Source: Bilabrum cf. latius | Taxonomy: Eukaryota | Direction of reading: 5' to 3' | NCBI GenBank assembly: GCA_965178125.1 | Contig: OZ237766.1 | Span: forward strand, 62,001 to 126,000 | DNA length: 64,000 bases | In this document: positions 11,930 through 23,532 of the stretch, one piece after another | Layout: every line of letters begins with the position of its first letter | Numbering within the stretch: the first letter of the stretch is position 1 | Notes under the pieces: model-generated | The model's database searches: none | Seen by the model: only the letters and a program-made list of their open reading frames with translations | Told to the model about the DNA's origin: nothing | Program-made: the position numbers and the translations under genes

Positions 11930-14900
11930 ATGATAGCATCCGTTCCGGCCCTTGGAGGGCTTGATGATGACGTGCAGGGGTTCATCAGCGCCATGGTTGA
12001 GCAAGTATTGGACGGAAGCATGGAAAAATCGGAGCTTGCCGAAAATATGGCCGCGTTCCTCGAGGATTCTGGCGTCACGGTTAGCGCAGAAACCATCGTG
12101 GGGTCGATGTTCGACGGTACGAAAGGCTCAGCCAAGACAGCGGCTGCCGGCAAGGGAGCAGCGAAGAAGGGAAGTCGACGCCGCCCGAAGCCCAGGCGAG
12201 GGGCGAGAGGAAAACCAGCCAAGGAGCAGTCGAGCGCGACGGCATCATCGCAAGAAACCAAAGACGAATCATCTGCGGACTCCGTGGGGCAGTCACCGGC
12301 GAGCGGCGCGGGGGCCGGCACAGGTGGGGACTCCGAGGTACCCCCCCAGGAGGGTGAGGAGGAGGAGGAATTGCGGAAGGCGAAGGCCCCCGTGAAGCTG
12401 GGCGCAGATCAGGTGCTGGAGCGCCGCGGCGGGGACGACGGCGGCATGGCTGATTTCATGTGGGGTGGCGTGGGCGGGGCCCTCCGGCCTGGCGGCTCCG
12501 TGCTCCCCAACGGGCTCATGGTGTCGGGCGGGACCGGCGGCTCGAGGGTGGCCATCAACCCCGAAATCGATAGCCTGGACTCCCCCGCATCGGCTGACAT
12601 CCTGGCCAAAGTGGCCAAGCGGTACCTGAGGGACGAGCGCAAGGCCGCGATGAAACAGGCCACCCTCATGCGCAGGCTGGAACAGAGGAGGGCAGCTCTG
12701 GGGAATGACGAGGCCGGGGACCTCTCCTCCGTGGCGGGCAAGAAGCGGGTCCCGGGTGGGGGGCTGCCGCCCTCCGCGGGGGGCTCTGCCTTGGCTGCAG
12801 GGGGCGGCATCACCGATTCGGTGGGTGGATCTGCGGCGCTGGGCCGACTGGATGATGACGGCAGCGGGGACGGACTCGGGGTGGGCGGGGGCGGGCGGGA
12901 CATCCACTGCACGGGGTACTCGATGGGGTTCGGCGGGCGCGACCTGCTCAAGGACGCCGAGGTGCATGTGTGCATGGGCAGGAGGTATGGGCTGGTGGGG
13001 CCCAACGGGTATGGCAAGTCCACGCTGCTGAGGAGGCTGGCCCGGGGACAGGTGCCTGGTGTGCCCGAGATGGTGCGGATCGTGTACATCGACCAGGAGG
13101 TGCCTGCCTCGGACATGTCGGTGCTGGAGACTGTGCTGCGGTCGGATGCAGAGAGGACCGCGCTGATGGAGGAGGAGGAGCGGCTGCAGGCGCGGCTGGA
13201 TGCAGCGGGGGTCGAGCTGGAGGTTAGGGAGAAGGAGAGGCAATCGAAGGAGGCGGAGGAGAGAGAGGGGGGCGAGGGCAAGAGGGCAGGGGGGGGCAAG
13301 GGGGACGAGGATAGGCCAGCGGTGAAGGGGGGCACCCAGGCCAGGAAGAGGCTCAAGCGGAAGATGGAGAAGGAGAAGGAAAAGGCCGCCCAGGAGGCAG
13401 AGGCGGCGAATCCAGGGGCGGCCAAAGCGGCAGCCGAAGAGGCGGCCAAGGCGGCCAAGGAGGCAGAGGACAAGGCAGCCGAAGAGGCAGAGAAGGCCAA
13501 GGCAGAGGCGGAGGCGGCCCGACCCAAGCGGGCGCTGGAGGGGTTGACGGAGGAGGAGCTGGCCCTGAGGCAGGAGGAGGACTCGGAGCGATTAAGACGG
13601 GTGGGGGAGGCCCTGGAGCAGATGGGCGCCGCTGCCTCGGAGGCCAGGGCGGCCTCGCTGCTGGCCGGCCTGGACTTCACCCCGGCCATGCAGGCCATGC
13701 CCACCCGCGACCTGAGCGGAGGGTGGAGGATGCGTGTGTCCCTGGCATGCGCGCTGTTCGTGGGCATGACCCCCATGACTGTGCTGATGCTGGACGAGCC
13801 CACGAACCACCTGGACCTGAGGACGCTTGCATGGCTGGAGAAGACGCTTGCGGATTTCCCCGAGCACTCCTCGCTCGTGGTTGTGAGCCATGACCGGCGC
13901 TTCCTGGATAGCATCTGCTCCGACGTGATCCACCTGACCACCCAGAAGCTGCGGTACTACAAGGGCAACTACACTTCCTTCGAGGAGCAGCGGATGGAGC
14001 GCCAGAGGAGGGAGGCCAAGGCGAGCGAGGCGGCCGACAGCAAAAGGGCTCACATCCAGCAGTTCGTGGACAAGTTCAGGGCCAATGCCAAGAGGGCGGC
14101 CATGGTGCAGTCCAGGATCAAGGCGCTCGCCAGGATGGACGCAGTGGGCGCGGTGCAGGCGGACGAGGCAGACCCGCACTGGCGATTCAGGTTCCCGGAC
14201 CCGCCCGAGATCACCGCCGGGGGCGCGCCCCCTCTGCAGCTGGTGGACGTTTCGTTCGGGTATGACAGGAGCAGGCCGCTCTTCAAGGGTGCCTCCCTGG
14301 GGATCGGGATGGACAGCCGGATCGCGCTGGTGGGGCCCAACGGGGCGGGCAAGTCCACGCTGCTGCGGCTGATGCAGAACGAGCTTGTCCCGCTGGCGGG
14401 TCACGTGGCTCGGCACTCGAAGCTCAAGGTGGCTCGAATCGACCAGCACCACGCCGATGCTCTGGACATGGACAAGACCCCGCTCGAGTTCATGGCCGGC
14501 AAGTACCCCGGGGTCAAGCCGGACGAGATCAGGGCACACCTGGGAGGATTCGGGATCAAGGCCGACATGGCAACTCGGTCCATCGGGACACTCAGCGGGG
14601 GCCAGAAGAGCAGGGTGGCATTCGCGCTTGTGGCCTGGGAGCGCCCGCACGTGCTGCTGGCGGACGAGATCACCAACCACATGGACATCGCCTCTGTGGA
14701 TGCACTGGTGGTGGCGCTGGCAGAGTTCGCCGGGGCCGTGGTGCTGGTGAGCCACGACCAGCACTTTATCGAGTCTGTGGCCCCCGACGAGCTGTGGGCC
14801 CTGGAGGGAGGGTCCCTGCAGCGGTTCAGGGGCAATCTGCAGGACTACAAGAAGCACGCCATGAAGGTGGGGGCCATCGAGCAGAGGAGGAGGAAGGGGG

Positions 14901-15127
14901 GCATGGGGGGCGGGGCCGCCGCGGGCAAGCTCAGCAGGAGGAGGGGGGGTCGCGGAGGAGCGGCAGGGGGGCGGTCGCACGCGGACGACAAGGGGAGGAT
15001 CGAGGCCCGGGCGGCGGCTCTGGCGGTGAAGGGGGATGATCTGCCTGATGATTGGGGGGCCGTGGGTGGGGGGCTGCTGCTGGGAGAGGATGGGGAGGGA
15101 GACGGGCTGCCACCCATCGGATCTTGA
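11930..15127 (+). CDS. ABCF3: ABC-F family ATPase (ABCF3/GCN20-like)
   Basis: Two NBDs (GPNGYGKST...LSGGWRMR...LDEPTNHLD and GPNGAGKST...LSGGQKSR...DEITNH) and no transmembrane domains. Intronless, no TAG codons, TGA stop. Confidence 0.92.
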   Translation: MIASVPALGGLDDDVQGFISAMVEQVLDGSMEKSELAENMAAFLEDSGVTVSAETIVGSMFDGTKGSAKTAAAGKGAAKKGSRRRPKPRRGARGKPAKEQSSATASSQETKDESSADSVGQSPASGAGAGTGGDSEVPPQEGEEEEELRKAKAPVKLGADQVLERRGGDDGGMADFMWGGVGGALRPGGSVLPNGLMVSGGTGGSRVAINPEIDSLDSPASADILAKVAKRYLRDERKAAMKQATLMRRLEQRRAALGNDEAGDLSSVAGKKRVPGGGLPPSAGGSALAAGGGITDSVGGSAALGRLDDDGSGDGLGVGGGGRDIHCTGYSMGFGGRDLLKDAEVHVCMGRRYGLVGPNGYGKSTLLRRLARGQVPGVPEMVRIVYIDQEVPASDMSVLETVLRSDAERTALMEEEERLQARLDAAGVELEVREKERQSKEAEEREGGEGKRAGGGKGDEDRPAVKGGTQARKRLKRKMEKEKEKAAQEAEAANPGAAKAAAEEAAKAAKEAEDKAAEEAEKAKAEAEAARPKRALEGLTEEELALRQEEDSERLRRVGEALEQMGAAASEARAASLLAGLDFTPAMQAMPTRDLSGGWRMRVSLACALFVGMTPMTVLMLDEPTNHLDLRTLAWLEKTLADFPEHSSLVVVSHDRRFLDSICSDVIHLTTQKLRYYKGNYTSFEEQRMERQRREAKASEAADSKRAHIQQFVDKFRANAKRAAMVQSRIKALARMDAVGAVQADEADPHWRFRFPDPPEITAGGAPPLQLVDVSFGYDRSRPLFKGASLGIGMDSRIALVGPNGAGKSTLLRLMQNELVPLAGHVARHSKLKVARIDQHHADALDMDKTPLEFMAGKYPGVKPDEIRAHLGGFGIKADMATRSIGTLSGGQKSRVAFALVAWERPHVLLADEITNHMDIASVDALVVALAEFAGAVVLVSHDQHFIESVAPDELWALEGGSLQRFRGNLQDYKKHAMKVGAIEQRRRKGGMGGGAAAGKLSRRRGGRGGAAGGRSHADDKGRIEARAAALAVKGDDLPDDWGAVGGGLLLGEDGEGDGLPPIGS

Positions 15128-15308
15128 GCTTGAGGGTGGAAATGCCACGCTTTCTTGGGCTTGGGTGTTGAGACGTGGGCTATAGATATGGACATGCCAG
15201 TAGCTGGGGTCAGCAGAGCTATCACACTATCGCAGTCATCACACGGACCTTGCAAGAGGATCACACAATACGGGGCCAGGGCCAGCACCCCTTCACACCG
15301 CAATCTGA

Positions 15309-16689
15309 TCACCCGACGATGGACAGCCCCTTTGCCAGGATACGGATCAGCGCCCTCCCGCTGCACCGGGCCCCTGCCGCTTCCAGCTCGTCACACGCGT
15401 CCTCATGACCCCCCAGGATGGCTGCCTCCAGCGGGCTCACCTCATGGGTCTTGCCCGCCCCGTCCTTCATCTCGCCCTTCATCTCCAGCCCGCCAGCCAG
15501 CTTGCCCAGCCTCAGTCTCCTGGCCAGCTCCATGGGCCTGCCACAGGCGGCTGCCTGGAACACCATTCGGGCGTCCCTCTTTGCCTCCACTGCCCTCCTC
15601 CACTGCAGCATTCGGCGCTTTTCCATCGGCATAACGACGGCTCGAGCCCGCTCAAGCAGCGCCCCGCTCGGGTCCAGCAGCAGCAGCTGCTTCTCGACCT
15701 CAAGCTCCGGGGACTCCTCCAGGAGCCGCCTCATGCAGGCAGCTGGGGTGCGCGGCTCTGCGGACATCGCACGCACAAACAGGTCGGAACTGTTCCTCTT
15801 CCCGTCCCAGCATGAGGTGTGATGGCTCTCGTGTGGCAGCTTGCCGCCCGACTCCTCCACTCTGGCGCCGAAGGCGAGCAGGACAGCGGCGCTCATGAAG
15901 GATCCCGACCAGCACGCGTGATGCAAGGGCGGCTTGAGAGGCTGCGATTTAGGACATATTGATTTGTACGGGTCATGGGCTGGGGTTGATGAAGAGATGG
16001 ACCCCCTCGGATACGCAGCACCATTTCACTTACAGAATTGAACGACTCCACGTCTGCCCCGGCTTCCAGGAGCATTAGGGACTCACGGTGGAACCCTTTG
16101 TGCGATACCATCTAAAGAGGTGTCCACCCGTACTGCTTATATGGATCGCGCGAAAATCAATGACTTGTGCTGGGATTGGCTACTTCCGTCCGTTCTCGCT
16201 CCCATTCTCTGCTCGAGACATACCTCATTTTCTATCTCTAGGTCCGGTTTCAGCGGCAGAATGACTTTCAGAAGGCGAATTTGATTGTTCCAAACCACGG
16301 TGTGGATTGGTGCCCATACCTTCCCAGCGTTTGGAGGCTGCAACGGCAGTTAAATAGGCACACCCGATAAATCATATCCGGGATAGCAGTGCGGCACGAA
16401 CGTATTCGCTAGCGTTGTTCTTACAGTAAGATCCACACCTGTACATCCAGACGCTTCAATGGCGGCCGATACAACTTCGCCTGTGCAGAAATTCGAGTTG
16501 AGCAGCCGTCGAACCCTGGCACCTCGATCGCTGCTACTGTGAGCTTGCTTGATGCTTGAATGACTGTATCACGAAGACTTTTTAAGAAGCTAGTAGCTGT
16601 AGGACAGGACAGACGATGCAAAATAAGTCTCACGTCATGTTTGGAATGAATTCACGCGGCATGGGCAAGATCGGATCTGTCTTGTCCAT
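15309..16689 (-). CDS. Ankyrin-repeat protein, multi-exon; 5' exons tentative
   Basis: Spliced ankyrin segments WAPIHTVVWNNQ...ENE | YGWTPL*MVSHKGF...LLEAGADVE | PLKPPLHHACWSG... and SPLEAAILGGH. The TAG at 16112-16114 falls in the TPLH-like position. Stop TGA 15309-15311. Confidence 0.6.
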
Positions 16690-16809
16690 GTCATCCGAGC
16701 GGCAGTGCAACTTCAAGTTGGCGAGGTACTGTTAGTGTGAGCTTGCTTGATGCTTGAATGTCTGCATTCCTGCTGATCCATGGCTGTGCACTCAAATATC
16801 ATTTTCACT

Positions 16810-18046
16810 TCACTTCAATGCATTCAGCGGGATCTTCAGGTACGCCGTCCCGTTGCCCTCGGCGGGCGGCAGCTCCCCGTTCCTGAGGTTGACCTGCAGG
16901 GAGGGCAGCAGCAGCTTGGGGGCGCCCAGCTGCGCGTCTCTCTCGCTGCGGAACTTGACGAACTGCTCCTGGGTGGTGCCTCTGTGCAGGTGCTTGTTCT
17001 CCTTCAGCTCCTGCTCCACCGTGCTCTCCACCTTGAGCTCCCTCCCGCCGGGCTTGTAGTCGTGCCCCACGAACACGCGCGTGCCCGGCGCCAGCCCCAG
17101 GATCTTCTGGGCCGAAGAGAAGAGGGTCTCCGCGCTGCCCCCGGGGAAATCGCACCGCGCGCTCCCAAAGTCGGGCATGAACACGGTGTCCCCAGTGAAA
17201 CAGGCGTCCCCGATGACGTACGTGACGCACGCCGGCGTGTGCCCGGGAGTGTGCATGACCCTTGCCTCGATCTCTCCGATCTTGAAGGTGTCCCCGTCGT
17301 TGAAGAGCAGGCAGAACTGGGAGCCGTCCGTCTTGAACTCGTCGCCCAGGTTGAAGAGCTTCGCGAAGGTTCCCTGCACCTCGGCGACCCTCGCCCCGAT
17401 ACCGGTCTGGGCCTCAGGGTACGCCTTCTTGTGGAGCGCGGCACCGGTCAGGTGGTCCGCGTGCACGTGTCTGCGGCGGAGAGGGGCAGTGGAGAGAGGC
17501 GAGAAGGGAGTACATGTGTGCTATACCAGTCAATAATATTGAAGTACACGCTAGGCCATGCTCCACTTGCACTTGGTGGCGGCGCATGATGGGCATCTGA
17601 TGGGGAGGGCCAGCTGCAGCAATCAGGCGCTTCGCGCCTTGACTATTCTGAGCCGGCGAAGCCACGGCGGCATAGCCAATCAGATTCTCACGTATCAAGA
17701 ATGTACTTTACGGTCAGACCTTTCTCCTTCACGTATGCCTGAACCTGCTCCGCGTGCTCGCTTGATGTGGAGCCGGACGCGAGATCGAAGTCCATCACTG
17801 TATCAATCAACGCGCACTCCTTCGTGGCCGGATCGGAAACCACCTGCATAAACAATAGACATAATGCGGTCATTATAATGTTGTTTCATGCGCAGCGTAT
17901 AGTTTCTGGGAGTAGGGAGATGCATGCTGAAGTGCAACTGCGCTGCTTACGAAGCATGCGGTAGATGTCGTCTCATGGAAGATGAGTTCGACGTCTGGAG
18001 TACCCTTGAGCTCTGAGGCAGAAGTGATATCAGCTGCTGCGGCCAT
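16810..18046 (-). CDS. MBL-fold persulfide dioxygenase (ETHE1/Blh-like), 3 exons
   Basis: ILDTHVHADH is formed across a splice junction; also HTPGHT, FTGDT.FMPDFGSARCDFPGGSA and GHDY. Introns 17844-17950 and 17471-17691 (GT-AG). TGA stop. Confidence 0.9.
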
Positions 18047-18597
18047 TGTGCTTTCGATTGTTGTTTTAATTGTGGCAGGGTTCGGGCACTGATTTGCAAG
18101 CAGCTGATTCTGGTTTATTGCCAAATGTCACCTCACTGGACGGCGATCATGCGTAGAAGTGCACTAGCACCGTCTTGTACCCTTATATGTACCACTCAAA
18201 GATAGGTGCCTTTATTGGGGTCTATCTTTCTGTGCGAGGGCGATCTGAGGCCTACAAAATTATTCTTGACCTTGCCTGCCTATTCGCTTCTGGCCCCTTA
18301 CAAGCATTTTTTTTTTCGAACTGCGAGATGAAGATACACTATATTCTTTAGAAATTGAATAAATGAACGGCACTCTGCGTAAACGCTGCATCACTGCTGC
18401 TTTGGCTGGAGCATGAAGAGTGGTGGACTCGGATCACCAAGACCAGGCCTAGGCCTGTGTCAAGAACAACCACCACCATTTGAGCTGCAGAGCCACGTTA
18501 CGCCGCGAGTATAATATTATATACGTGTATTCAAATCTGCCTTTCTGGTTTCAATTCGTCACACCCTGTTGCAACGGCGATAGCTTTTCAAGCTAGA

Positions 18598-20280
18598 ATG
18601 GCTGCTGCAGGAACTGTGCAGGTCTCCGCTGCACCAGGCTCCGCGAGTAGTGCCCGACCAGATAGTACAGATATTACAATGGAAACTATCGCTGGGAGCG
18701 CTGATGAATTGGCTTGCTTGCAGCGCGCAGGATGCAGAGTTTCGCATGGATCCGCCGGCCGGCCTCCGGTTCTCGAGCACGATGGGGACCCCGTGCTCCG
18801 CTGCGGGCAGCTTGCCGCGTCCAAAGGCGTCATTGCAGCTACATTTGCTAGCAGTGCGGTTCAGTCGATCCCGGACATCACCCTGCGCGCGAGCGAGCAC
18901 GAAGACCTGGTGGTGCCCATGAGCGGCCTGCTCGCTCGCGACCCTGAGGCGCAGCTGAGGCTGACGGCACGCGTGCTCGCTCATGGATATGCGGTCATTC
19001 GTCATTCAGAGGCAGAGTACGAGCACATCGCTCAGCTGTGGGACGCGCTGGGCCGACTGATGCGCCTGGACGAGGCGAGCAAGTTTTCGATGATGGGGGA
19101 CGACTGCGGGTACGTGGACGGCGGGATCTTCGAGCAGTTCTAGTTCCGGTATTAGGAGGGGCTGGGAGACGATGCAGCGGAGGCCAGGCGGGGGGAGTGG
19201 CCCTCCATCAGGGACCTGTCGGCGGGGCAGGAGGAGGGCGAGCCCGTCGTCCCGTCCCGCACACCGGCCCACATGCGGGGTGAGACTCGGCAGAAAGATG
19301 TGCCGGGGTGCGCTGGCCCCAAGTACCCGTGGCCCCCGGGAGATGAAGGGCTCGCGGGGCACCTGCCAGGGGAGCCCGGGGTGTGGAGCTTCCGCATGGC
19401 GGCCTGCGAGTACTGGGGCAGGTAGGCGAGGCACGGCCGGGAGGTGCTCCGAGGACTCGCCCAGGGGCTTGGAGTGAAGCCTGCCGAGCTGCTCGGGCTG
19501 GTGGATGACCCGGACTGCATGCTAGAAGGGGAGGCCTCAAACGCGGACATGCGGCTGTTCCATTACCGGAACAGGAGCGGGGAACAGGGCGACATGCGGG
19601 ACTGGGGGGAGGCTCACGTGGACATTGGGCTGCTGACCATGATCCCGCTGGGAGGGAGAGGCATCCAGCTGTGCGAGGGGTCTGCCCCGGGGAGCAAGCG
19701 GGCCCCCTCTCCGCCCGGCCTCAAGATGCTGGACAAGGCCAGAGGGCTGTGGGTGTCCATCGAGGAGAGCGCGTGTCCCGGGGACATGGTCGTGTTCCCT
19801 TCCGATGTATTCAGGGTGCTGTTCGGCGGCATGCTGGGTGGCACTGTGCACCGGGTGCATCGGCCCACGGGGACTGCAACGGAGCGGTACAGTATCCCCC
19901 TCATCATCCGACCCAAGGACGGGGCCATGGTGAGGACTATCCCAGGGGGGCCCATGGGGGAGCGGCTGCGGCGACTGCATGGGAGTGCAGCGGCGGGTGA
20001 GCGGCCGGGGGCGGGAGCTGCCGACCCAGGGAGTCATGCAACAGGAGCGTCTGCGGGTGCTGCGGGCGATGGAGTGAAGGGCGAGCCCGCGGCGGGGGAG
20101 GATCGCAGCGGCGACTATGCCCTGTACCCGTCCTACTCGCCTCACTTCCGGCTAGCTGCTTTGAAGCACGTGCTACCATCCACAGCAGACTTTGCGTACC
20201 TGCCCAAAGACTGGGCGAGCGCGAAGGCCAGGGCTGACCGGCATGCGGCAGGGAAACCACTGTGGGAGAAGTCGTCCTAA
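18598..20280 (+). CDS. 2-oxoglutarate/Fe(II)-dependent oxygenase (IPNS-like)
   Basis: HVD(HxD)...HRV...RYS catalytic motifs and an N-terminal HGYAVI DIOX_N-like segment. Single frame with TAGs at 19141, 19153 and 19423; TAA stop. Confidence 0.85.
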
Positions 20281-20886
20281 TCGGATCATTTGCAACTGAG
20301 AGGCGCGCATCCTGATTGCAAGACAGTTGGGGCCAGGCAACTGAAGAGACTAAACGATCCGGCGCAATCCTATAGTATAAACTGCTGTACTACTCATTCG
20401 GATCTGCACTGCCCGCAAGGGTTTGCATAAAAGCCATCTATTTCTACGGAGTCCCGGACACCCCCGTTGGTGCGGGCAATGAGGTCTCTGAGATTGTGAG
20501 GTCGCGCGTGGGGCGCAGTGCAGCACCGGCTCGAGGTGCAGGATCAGATGCGTTGCAACAGAGCGGAAGCGTGAGCGTTCAAGGAGGCCAGGCCAGTGAT
20601 GTACTAGCAGGAGCGGGGCCTAGGGGTGGCCGAGGGAAATGGGGGCGGATCTAGGAGAGAGGATCGTCCGGGTATCATATATGATCCCACATTCCGAGCC
20701 TGAGAAAAGAGACGACTCGTGCAATAGAGGGGCCTAGCACGGACCCCACGAGTTACCCGACGACGACGTTGCTCCTCGGGCAGGCATATATGTGAGAATG
20801 CCCGTGGGTGCCATAGCTTCCGATCCCGCCGGATCTACAGGCGAAGGTTCCGGCGAGGCGCTACACAACAACACGTCCCTGCCACC

Positions 20887-22974
20887 ATGATGAGATCGTC
20901 CTTCCGCAAATTAGCTACAATCAGATAGCATTCTATTCTTAGATAGGCTTTGAACATCCGCAGCATGGCTACGGCGTGGTTCAAGGCCCCTGATGGCGTT
21001 CCGAGTTCCATTCTGCCCGGCTCCATGCGAGCGGTTGAATGCACGGGTGCTGGAGAGGAGACCCTGGAAGTGCTCTTCGTTAGATCAAAGGATGGGAAGT
21101 TGCACGCTGTAGAGCCTAAGTGCCCTCATAATGACGCGCCAATGGAAAAAGGAGCACTAGTAGACGGCAGTGCTTCTTGGCCAAAAGAGAATGGTACGGG
21201 TCCAACCGTGATTTGCCCCTGGCACCTTGCCGAGTTCGACGTATAGTCTGGGGGAAATTTGAACTATACCTCGTTTCGCGGCCTTCGGACGTTTCAAGTT
21301 CGGGAGGGCAGCGACGGTGCCACGAAAGTGGGAGTTGACGACGATAGCAGCTCCGAGATTGCAGCAGGTACTCGCGTGAAGGTGGATAAGCTTCCTGGTG
21401 CAGTGAGCTTCGTAGTACAGGATGGGCTTGAGGGACTCAGCGACATCGGCAAGCTGGAGGCCGACATAGTGGTAGTTGGGGCCGGGGCGGCGGGCATGGC
21501 GGCGGTGCAGGAGCTGCGGGATGGCGGCTTCGAGGGCTCAATTGTGGTGGTAAGCGACGAGAAATACCAGCCGTACGACCGAACCAAGCTGACAAAGCGC
21601 GTGATATCGTCGCCGGAAGACATAGCCTCCTTCACGATATATGGCTCCGAGTGGTTCGAGGAGCGCCGCGTGAGCCTCCTGCTGCAAACCCGCGCCTTTC
21701 AGCTGGAGCTGTTCGATCAGGGGAAGGAGGGCGAGCACGGTGGCCAGGTGTGGGTGAGTCCCGACGACGGAACCACCCGGTACCGGGGCTACACGCCACA
21801 GGAAAAGTTCGGGAGGCTCAGGTTTCGCAGACTAGTGGTCGCAACCGGTCTCATGGGGAACAACACGCGACTCCGCGACGACCCGCAGTTGGCGCTCAGC
21901 GCTCACGTGCTTCGGTCCGCAGACGATGCCCTGGAATTGTATGATAACCTGGACCGGGAAACGACCCGCGACGTCGTGGTCCTGGGCACGTCCTTCATCG
22001 GGATGGAGGTAGCCAACGCAGTGTCAAAGAGGATCGGATCAAGCGAGGCCGAGGGACTGGATAGTGTGACGATGATAACTGTTGCAGAAGAGCCGTTTGC
22101 CGGGGTGTTCCCCCTCCCCGTAGGCCGCATGCTCAGGCGACTAGCTGAGGAGAGGGGGGTTCGTTTCATGACCAGGAGCGGAATCCGCTCTGCCGGGGAG
22201 GATGTGTCCAAGCAGGGGTCTTTTAAATTGACTCGCGTGTCTACCGAATCCTAGGATTCGAACGGTGAGTGGAAGGAAGGACCGGAACTACGGTGCGATG
22301 CGTTGCTGATTGCGACAGGCAGCAGCGCCAGAATCGGGATGTTCCAGGGGTTAATAAACAACGACCAAACCAGCGCGTTGGACGAAAACTTGCGTATCAT
22401 AACTGCAGCTGGTGACAGGCAAGTTGCAACTCTTCCTGAGGGCGTAGTGTTTGCCGCAGGTGACGTCGTTGTTGCCCCACGAGGTCCGAAGGGCGAGGGA
22501 GACCCGGAGCCGATCGAGCACTGGGCCCACGCCCAGTCAGAGGGGATGTGGGTGGGGAGGCAGATACTGGAGCTGGAGGGGCTACGGAAGAATGCGCCGA
22601 GAACAAAGTCCATGGTGGAGGGGACAGGTACTGTGCCTTTCTTCTGGACCAAGGTATTCGGTGGGGTCATTCGGTTTGTGGGTCATGCACCGCCCGGCTG
22701 CGATGTGCATTTGGAGGGCGCGATGCGGGATGCTGGGGCAGAGGGAGATGTGAGAGATGAGCTGGCGGGGCCTTCGTTTGCCGCGTACTGGCACAAGGAT
22801 GGAAAGATACACGCAATGGCGGCGATGGGGCAGGATCCGGCTCCAGCTGCATTTGCTGCCCTGCTGCGAGCAGCGAGTACCGGGGGCGCAGAGCACCTCA
22901 TGCCATCAGCAGCAGACGTAGTGAGCGGCAAGGTAAAGGCCGCTGATTTGATCCGCATGCTATGTGATGCGTAA
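20887..22974 (+). CDS. Rieske [2Fe-2S] plus FAD-dependent oxidoreductase (AIFM3/Aif1-like), with probable mitochondrial presequence
   Basis: CPH...CPWH Rieske motifs, VVVGAGAAG, PYDRTKL, VVLGTSFIGMEVA, VFAAGD, IEHWAHA and VPFFWT. GCCACC-ATG start at 20887; TAGs at 20926, 20944, 21244 and 22252; TAA stop. Confidence 0.9.
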
Positions 22975-23532
22975 AGCAGGACGAGAGTATGAAAGTGGGA
23001 TGAGTGCGAGTCGCCCGGTGAAGAAGAGGTTGGGAGTGGGAGACGAGGGGTTCGGGGGGCGGGGCTCTTGTTGGTAGTTCCGATCACTTGGTGCGATACA
23101 GGAGAGGCATGATGGGTCTCCCATGCTGACGCCAGCGAAGGAGCAGGCAAGAGAGACGCGGGGAACATCCGACGAGGGGGTTTGAAGGGAGCGGGTACTC
23201 GTGGGGAGTACACATCCGAGGATATGATATACCCTTACTAGTAGGGCTAAAGAGGCACGGGTCAGGTGGTAGTACGCCACGTAATCCAGGATGCGGCTCA
23301 AGTGCCAGATGATTGGCTTAGGTTTTGCTTTTTGCTAGTTTAGGATTGCATAGAAAAAAACAATGTGAACGGAGGTGCAGGATTCGAAGAAATCAACTGG
23401 CTAGGATCGGCAAACCTGAGTCGGATCCCCCTGATCCGGATTTTATCCACTGTACCCTAGGCCTTGAATTTCCGTTGTCAACTATAGCTACTAGCTAGGC
23501 CCCTAGATAAATGGCATCGGATCTAGTCAACG

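Noticed and set aside
12293-15148. Long antisense and alternate-frame ORFs in the track (e.g. 12409-13941, 13592-15148, 43943-45820, 46204-47817, 55358-56830)
   Set aside because: They are shadows of GC-rich coding sequence on the opposite strand and have no recognisable domains.
20281-20880. Possible ncRNA or mobile-element ends flanking the Rieske-reductase gene (short palindrome ATCATATATGAT at about 20674; weak similarity to about 23210-23235)
   Set aside because: The similarity is too short. I found no convincing terminal repeats, target-site duplication or snoRNA boxes.
19141-22254. Pyrrolysine or selenocysteine recoding of the internal stops
   Set aside because: Sec uses UGA. Pyl is known from archaea and bacteria, and no pyl genes are seen here. 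The TAGs are numerous, often at non-catalytic positions and in Gln-like contexts.
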